A stretch of 64,000 nucleotides of DNA from positions 156 through 64,155 of the forward strand of contig CAYNLG010000010.1 of the NCBI GenBank assembly GCA_964397995.1, written 5' to 3'. The first letter of the stretch is position 1, and each line of letters starts with the position of its first letter. The notes under the pieces were generated by a model. It saw nothing but the letters and a program-made list of their open reading frames with translations, had not been told where the DNA came from and ran no database searches. Of the stretch, positions 58,813-64,000 are shown piece by piece. This DNA is from an uncultured Anaerolineales bacterium (GTDB taxonomy: Bacteria > Planctomycetota > Phycisphaerae > FEN-1346). The translations under genes were made by a program, and so were the position numbers.

Positions 58813-60081
58813 TTACGGGGCGGTCAGCGTCCGGATGCGCTCGGCCGCCTTCTTCCGCTGCTCCTCGTCCGGCGACTGCGCGATCACCTGGCGGTAGAGC
58901 TGCACCGCCTTCTCCCGGTCCAGCAGCCGCTGCTCGTAGATTTGGGCGGCGTTCAGCAGCGCCGGGTAGCTCGTCACGGGGTTCCACTGGGCGGCCCGCT
59001 CGTAGGCCTGCACCGCGCGGACCCAGTCCTCGAAGTACCAGCCCCCGTAGGTTTCGCCCATCCGGAACGCCGCGTCGTCGATCTTGTCGCTCGTCGGGTA
59101 CTTCTCGATGATCGTCTCGAACTTCTCGAGCGCGATCACCAGGTAGTCCTTCTTGCCCGGCGGGAAGGCCGGGTAGTTCTTGTAGTGCAGGCCTTCCTCG
59201 TAGAGCTGGTCGGCGGCGGCCAGGCTCTCCGAGGGCGTCAGGTCCGGCCCCGCCACCTCCGCCACCGTCAGGTACTGGGTCTGGGGCACGGTCTGGAGGG
59301 CGGCGATCTCGGCCTCCACCCACGCTACCTTCTGTGCGTTGCCGCGCCGGTCGTAGTGCGCCTTCAGGGCCTCCAGCGTCTGGCGATACCGCTTCCGGGC
59401 CATGGCCCGCTCCTCGACGAGGCCGATCTCGCGCAGGCCGGCAAGCGGCACCTCGGTGGTGTCGGGGTTCGGGGCCGTCTGGGCCTCGGCCGCCTCGGCC
59501 TGGACGTCGGCGCGCGGCATCGGTTCAGCCGGCTCGGGGGCGGCCATCGGCTCGGTCTCGAACTCCGGGGCGGTTACCATGCCTTCGGGCGCGCCCGTCT
59601 CGGCGGGAACGCCCGTGATCGGCGTCAGGACGAACTCCGACACCCCGGCCTCCTCGGTGGCGACCCCCGGTTCCGGCGCCGGGGCCGCCGGGGCCTCCGT
59701 CGTGGCGGCCGGGGTTGCGGGAACCTCTTCGGCCGGCGTGATCGGCTCGGGGGCTTCCAGCGTCATCTCGCCCGGGGCCGCCTTCGGCTGCTTCCGGGGG
59801 TTGCGGGGCTGGCGCTTGGGCTTCTCGGCGGGGGGGGCCGGCGCCTCCGCCTCGTCGGCCTCGACGGGTTTGGCCTCCACCGTCTCGGCGCCTTCGGCCG
59901 CGGGCGCGGCCGCCTCCCGCTCGTCCGGCACCGGCGGGATCGGCTCCGCCCCCGTCGACCGGTCGGGGCTCAGTTCGACGGGCGGCAAGAGGAATTCGTC
60001 GTCCTCCTGGGCGGCGGCGAACGGCGCGGCACAGGTCCAGACGGTTCCGGCCGCAACGAGGCAGATGAGCAGGCGGCGCAT
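58813..60081 (-). CDS. exported protein with Pro/Ala/Glu-rich linker and C-terminal TPR domain
   Basis: signal peptide, low-complexity region, BamD/YbgF-like TPRs (IEKYPTSDKIDDA). Confidence 0.75.
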   Translation of the reverse strand: MRRLLICLVAAGTVWTCAAPFAAAQEDDEFLLPPVELSPDRSTGAEPIPPVPDEREAAAPAAEGAETVEAKPVEADEAEAPAPPAEKPKRQPRNPRKQPKAAPGEMTLEAPEPITPAEEVPATPAATTEAPAAPAPEPGVATEEAGVSEFVLTPITGVPAETGAPEGMVTAPEFETEPMAAPEPAEPMPRADVQAEAAEAQTAPNPDTTEVPLAGLREIGLVEERAMARKRYRQTLEALKAHYDRRGNAQKVAWVEAEIAALQTVPQTQYLTVAEVAGPDLTPSESLAAADQLYEEGLHYKNYPAFPPGKKDYLVIALEKFETIIEKYPTSDKIDDAAFRMGETYGGWYFEDWVRAVQAYERAAQWNPVTSYPALLNAAQIYEQRLLDREKAVQLYRQVIAQSPDEEQRKKAAERIRTLTAP

Positions 60082-60222
60082 AGGCGGTCCCTCCGACGGC
60101 GTGAACGCGGCGCCTCCCCCGCTCCGTCGGGGGCGCGGCGACAGCCATCCATTAGGGGTGTGGGCGCGAGGGGCGTCAAGCAAAAACCCACGTTGGCGGG
60201 CGGTTCCGGGGGCCTGCGCGGC

Positions 60223-61707
60223 TCAGACGGCCGCCCGCCGCCCCCCGCCGAACCGCTTTGCCAGCCGCTTCCACGCCCGCCGCCGGAACGTCGGGTCCGC
60301 CACGTGGTTCCACAGGCTCCGCAGCATCGCCCGCCGCACCTTCTCCCGGCCGAGCTTCCGCACCATCGGGTGGCCCAGGGCCTTCCGGTAGGCGATCCAC
60401 GGCGGGTGCTTCGCCAGGAACCGGAGCTGGATCCGCGCCTGGATCCGCCTCAGGTCCTCGACGCCGAAGGCCTCGCTCACGACGTAGCGGCGGCGGCCCT
60501 GGACCCGCATCCCCGGCTGGGCGAGCACCCATTGCTCGAAGTCCGTGTTTTCGTAGGCGTAGATCTTATTCGGGCTGATGAAGTCGACCCCCAGCCCGGC
60601 CGCATAGTCCGCCACCCCGAGCATCTCCGCCTCCGTCTCGCCCGGGTTGCCGATGAGGAAGTTGCCGAGGGTCAGGATGTGCGTTCCCCGCAGGTGCCGG
60701 AACGCCCGCCGCGCCATCTCGACCGTGTACCCCTTGCGCATCGCCTTGAGGAGGCGTGGCTGGTAGGTCTCGAGGCCGACCATGAACATGAAGAAGCCGG
60801 CGGCCTCCATCTTGCGCACCAGGTTGCCGCTCCGGGCCAGTGGGTTGACGCGAATCTCGCACGCGTACAGGTGCCGGATGTCCCGCTCCAGGATCAGGTC
60901 GCAGATCCGCTCGACCCGGTCCAGGTCCGCCGCGAAGTTGGCGTCCACGATATGGACCACGTCGGCGTCGGATTCCTCGAGCTCCGCGACGACGTCCTCG
61001 GGCTCGCGGCCGATCCAGGGCTGGACCTCGCCGAAGATGTTCTCGCGCCACTTGCAGAAGGCGCAGACCATCGGGCAGCCCACGCTGGTGATGATGTTGT
61101 CGCCCTTGAGCGTCAGCCACGGGTAGTCGTAGTCGCGGACGGACCGGTCGAGGTGGTAGTTCTCGACGTGGACCTCGTCGCGGCGGGGGTTCTTCACAAC
61201 CTCGGGGTCCGCCGCCCGCCCCCCGTCCGCGCCGCGGGCATCCGGCGGCCGCGCCGTCGCCCGGTCGCGGTACCAGAGGCCCGCGACGCCCTCGGGCCTG
61301 CCGCGCCGCACCAACTCCTTCACGGTCTCCTCGCCGTAGCCGAGGCAGAGGAGGTCGATGCCCGGGAAGTCGCGGAGCATCTCGTCGGCGTGCCGCGTCG
61401 CGTACAGGCCGCCCACCAGCAGCGTCACGTCGTCCGGGATGCCGCGGAGGACGGCATCGGCGTAGGCGTCGCGGCCCCACATGAGCGAGACGAGAACCAG
61501 GTCCGGCCTGAACGCCCGGAGGATGGCCTCCAGCGGCTCGTCCTCCATCCGCAGGTCCACGAGGCGCAGGGCCTCGACCTCGGGCCGCAGGTTCGACGCG
61601 ACCACTTCCAGACCGATCGGGTTGATGACCGCCAGTCCCCCGTACATCTGCTCGCTCTTCTTCTCGGGCGAGTACGGGTAGACCAGCAGCGCGCGGGTCC
61701 ATGTCAT
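60223..61707 (-). CDS. B12-binding radical SAM protein
   Basis: PIGLE, GGLYAT, CPMVCAFC, DANF, GLET and GNPGET. Confidence 0.9.
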   Translation of the reverse strand: MTWTRALLVYPYSPEKKSEQMYGGLAVINPIGLEVVASNLRPEVEALRLVDLRMEDEPLEAILRAFRPDLVLVSLMWGRDAYADAVLRGIPDDVTLLVGGLYATRHADEMLRDFPGIDLLCLGYGEETVKELVRRGRPEGVAGLWYRDRATARPPDARGADGGRAADPEVVKNPRRDEVHVENYHLDRSVRDYDYPWLTLKGDNIITSVGCPMVCAFCKWRENIFGEVQPWIGREPEDVVAELEESDADVVHIVDANFAADLDRVERICDLILERDIRHLYACEIRVNPLARSGNLVRKMEAAGFFMFMVGLETYQPRLLKAMRKGYTVEMARRAFRHLRGTHILTLGNFLIGNPGETEAEMLGVADYAAGLGVDFISPNKIYAYENTDFEQWVLAQPGMRVQGRRRYVVSEAFGVEDLRRIQARIQLRFLAKHPPWIAYRKALGHPMVRKLGREKVRRAMLRSLWNHVADPTFRRRAWKRLAKRFGGGRRAAV

Positions 61708-61774
61708 GGCGGGGCCATTATAGGGGGAGCCCGGCCGCGAAGAAAGGGCGGCCGCGCCCCGGGGTTCGCGCGGC

Positions 61775-62971
61775 TCAGACACGGGCGACCACGGCCGCCA
61801 TCGCCTCGACGAGCCGCTCGCCGTCGCCGGGTTCCAGGCCGTACCGCCGGGCGATCTCGACCTCGTAACCGCCCTCGTCAAACGCCTCGCGCGTCGGCCA
61901 GTACCGCTCCCAGCCGTTCGTCACGGTTGAAAGGGCGAGCGGTCCGCCCACCCGCTCCCGCAGCGCCAGACCCAGCGGGCTGAAGAGCTCGACCGGCAGG
62001 GCGGCAATGCGGCACGGACCGATCCGCCACGCCGCCAGGTCCAGCTCGTGCCCCGCCAGGGCCACGGTCTCGGCGGCCGTGGCAAGCGTCTGCTCCCCGC
62101 CGCGCGTCCCCCAGGCAAGCAGGCCCACGAACGCCGCGGCCGCCCGCGCCACCGGCGCGAGGTAATCGGCGCGTTCCTGGGTGGCGATCCAGGGGTGCAG
62201 GTCGCCCGACGCTCCGGCGAGGAAGACCGCGTGGGCGTCCGGGTTCGCCGCCTCGATGGCCGCGCACGCCAAGCCCGGCCAATCGGCGCTCACGCAGTTC
62301 GAGACCGGCCCGAGGCCGACCCCGTGGCCGCCGGCGCTCCAGAGGACGTACTGGCGCGGGCCCTCCACCTGGCGGAGCACCAGGACCGTACACGTCGGGT
62401 CAGGCATCGGCTCCGGCGCCAGGGCGTCCTGCTCGTGCGGGCTCCAGCAGTGGGCGAGCCCCGCGCCCGTACGGACGCGCCGCACGTAGCTCAGCCCCAG
62501 CGCCGCCTCCTGGCACGCCGCCGTCACCGGGTACAGCCGGAACGCCGCCCGGGCGGCCGTGTCGCGGACCTTCTCGGGCAGGGCGGCCGCGTACCGCTTC
62601 TCCGGGCTCGCATCGTCGGGCAGGTCGGGCTCGGCGCGGCGGCCAGTCTCGTGGGCGACGTCCACTTCGCCCAGCGTCGGGCCGCTGTGCGTGTGCGTAC
62701 AGGCGACCATCACCCGGTCGGGCGATGTGCCGACCTGCGCCGCCACCAGCCGCCGCAGGCCACGCGCCGTCTCCGTCCTGAGCACGCACAGGTCCAGGCT
62801 GACCAGGGCCGCCGGCCCGGTGCCGTCATCGAGGATGAGGACGCGGCAGAGCAGGGGGTCGTGGATCCCGTGGTTGCCCGGCGTCAGCTGCTCCTGCCGG
62901 AAGGCGTAGCCCATGAGGCCGACGTCGCGCGGCGGGGTGATGTCGCATCGGGCGAATCCGGCTCGCAGCAT
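61775..62971 (-). CDS. neutral/alkaline ceramidase-like hydrolase
   Basis: DITPP, HDPL, THTHSGP, SADWPG, GASGD and GGYE. Confidence 0.8.
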   Translation of the reverse strand: MLRAGFARCDITPPRDVGLMGYAFRQEQLTPGNHGIHDPLLCRVLILDDGTGPAALVSLDLCVLRTETARGLRRLVAAQVGTSPDRVMVACTHTHSGPTLGEVDVAHETGRRAEPDLPDDASPEKRYAAALPEKVRDTAARAAFRLYPVTAACQEAALGLSYVRRVRTGAGLAHCWSPHEQDALAPEPMPDPTCTVLVLRQVEGPRQYVLWSAGGHGVGLGPVSNCVSADWPGLACAAIEAANPDAHAVFLAGASGDLHPWIATQERADYLAPVARAAAAFVGLLAWGTRGGEQTLATAAETVALAGHELDLAAWRIGPCRIAALPVELFSPLGLALRERVGGPLALSTVTNGWERYWPTREAFDEGGYEVEIARRYGLEPGDGERLVEAMAAVVARV

Positions 62972-62996
62972 GGGTGCACCTCCCGGACTCCGGCGC

Positions 62997-63386
62997 CTAC
63001 TTCGGCCCGTACTTCTCCGCCGGGTCGAAGACCTTCACGCCGTCCTCGGCCCAGGCCCCGTCCCGGAGCACCCACGAGAAGCAGCTCCGCATGCCGGTGT
63101 GGCAGGCGGCGCCGCCCACTTGGTCGACGCGGACCAGCAGCACGTCCTTGTCGCAGTCGGTCCGCATCTCGACGAGCTTTTGCACGTTGCCGCTCGACTC
63201 GCCCTTGTGCCACAGCGTCTGCCGGCTGCGCGACCAGTAGTGGACCTCGCCGGTCGTGACCGTCTTCCGGATGGCGTCCTCGTTCATCCAGGCCATCATG
63301 AGGATCTCGCCGGTGGCGGCGTCTTGGGCGATGGCGGGGATCAGGCCCCGGTCGTTCAGCTTCAGTTCGTCGATGGGCACGTCCAT
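62997..63386 (-). CDS. hisI: phosphoribosyl-AMP cyclohydrolase
   Basis: YWSRSR..LWHKGE, DCDKD and ACHTG..SCF. Confidence 0.96.
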   Translation of the reverse strand: MDVPIDELKLNDRGLIPAIAQDAATGEILMMAWMNEDAIRKTVTTGEVHYWSRSRQTLWHKGESSGNVQKLVEMRTDCDKDVLLVRVDQVGGAACHTGMRSCFSWVLRDGAWAEDGVKVFDPAEKYGPK

Positions 63387-63481
63387 GGTCCGTTCTCCGT
63401 CTCGGGCCCGGGCCGGGCCACGCTCAAAGGAAGGGGCCAATCCTACCGCCGGCCCGCGGCGTGTCAAGGTTCGCCGCACCC

Positions 63482-63940
63482 TCAGGGAGTGTCCTCGCCC
63501 AACGCTTCGAGGTCGGCCATGTCCTTCTTGCGGCCCGTCGCCCGCTTGTTGGCGGCGAACGCCTCGCGCCCGATGAAGGGGGCGGGCACGCCGCTTATCT
63601 CGCCGGCGACCTTCGTCTCCTCCGCCTCAGCCCACGTCACGCCGGTCAGGGACGTGATGAGGTCGACCCGTACGGGGGAGACGCCCAACTGCACGACATG
63701 CTCTGGCTTGCTGAAGTCGTCCTCGGTAAGGTCCAACGAGCCGAAACCGAACGCTTCCAGGGCCCGAAGGAGCCGCTTCGCGTTGGCCTCGGACGGGCGG
63801 ACCAGCACGTCCATGTCCCCGGTGAAACGGGGCGCCCCGTGAAAGGCCAGCGCATGGCCTCCCACAATCAGGTACTCAACCTTGTGCTCGTTTAATAACG
63901 CGAGCAACTCTTTGAAGTCGGGGTGGATCGTCAGATCCAT
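63482..63940 (-). CDS. nucleotidyltransferase-fold protein (DUF6036-like)
   Basis: [18 protein letters not shown] and [13 protein letters not shown]. Confidence 0.8.
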   Translation of the reverse strand: MDLTIHPDFKELLALLNEHKVEYLIVGGHALAFHGAPRFTGDMDVLVRPSEANAKRLLRALEAFGFGSLDLTEDDFSKPEHVVQLGVSPVRVDLITSLTGVTWAEAEETKVAGEISGVPAPFIGREAFAANKRATGRKKDMADLEALGEDTP

Positions 63941-64000
63941 AGCAGGACCTTCGGAGGGCCTCGACGGCGGCCAGACGTTCGGACGGGGGACGGCTCAGCC
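63876..64000 (-). CDS. small partner protein, 5'-truncated by the window edge
   Basis: manual translation ...[40 protein letters not shown]; overlaps the nucleotidyltransferase start. Confidence 0.65.
   Translation of the reverse strand, partial: LSRPPSERLAAVEALRRSCYGSDDPPRLQRVARVIKRAQG

Overview
High-GC (~70%) bacterial chromosomal segment, most consistent with an anaerobic Planctomycetota (Phycisphaerae-like) genome. This assignment is inferred from DUF1559-like prepilin proteins, a PEP-CTERM protein with a TIGR03790-like protein, and a clostridial-type ferredoxin. Housekeeping genes include trpF, ahcY, uvrB, nadC, birA, rplU, nrnA, aconitase, tRNA-Leu(GAG), rsmA, pdxA, ribE, cimA, valS, ruvCAB, cysS, ispF and hisI. 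The most notable region is a ~13.3 kb type IV pilus/T2SS-like operon (12513-25836): pilins, PilM/N/O-like proteins, secretin and TPR lipoprotein, continuing into a histidine kinase, stand-alone receiver, GAF/HD-GYP protein, STAS protein and an MshEN-bearing PilB/GspE homolog whose catalytic motifs are all degenerate. Two sigma28-like promoter motifs precede its genes. Other unusual elements: (1) a divergent structured RNA and 19-aa hydrophobic peptide gene sharing a palindrome-covered promoter (28732-29085); (2) an Ile/Val leader-peptide attenuator ahead of cimA-valS; (3) an MNT-HEPN-MNT module between cysS and ruvC; (4) a GH10-like protein lacking both catalytic glutamates; (5) a probable ATC start codon; (6) several probably leaderless genes. 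All family assignments come from motif recognition by eye; no database searches were run.
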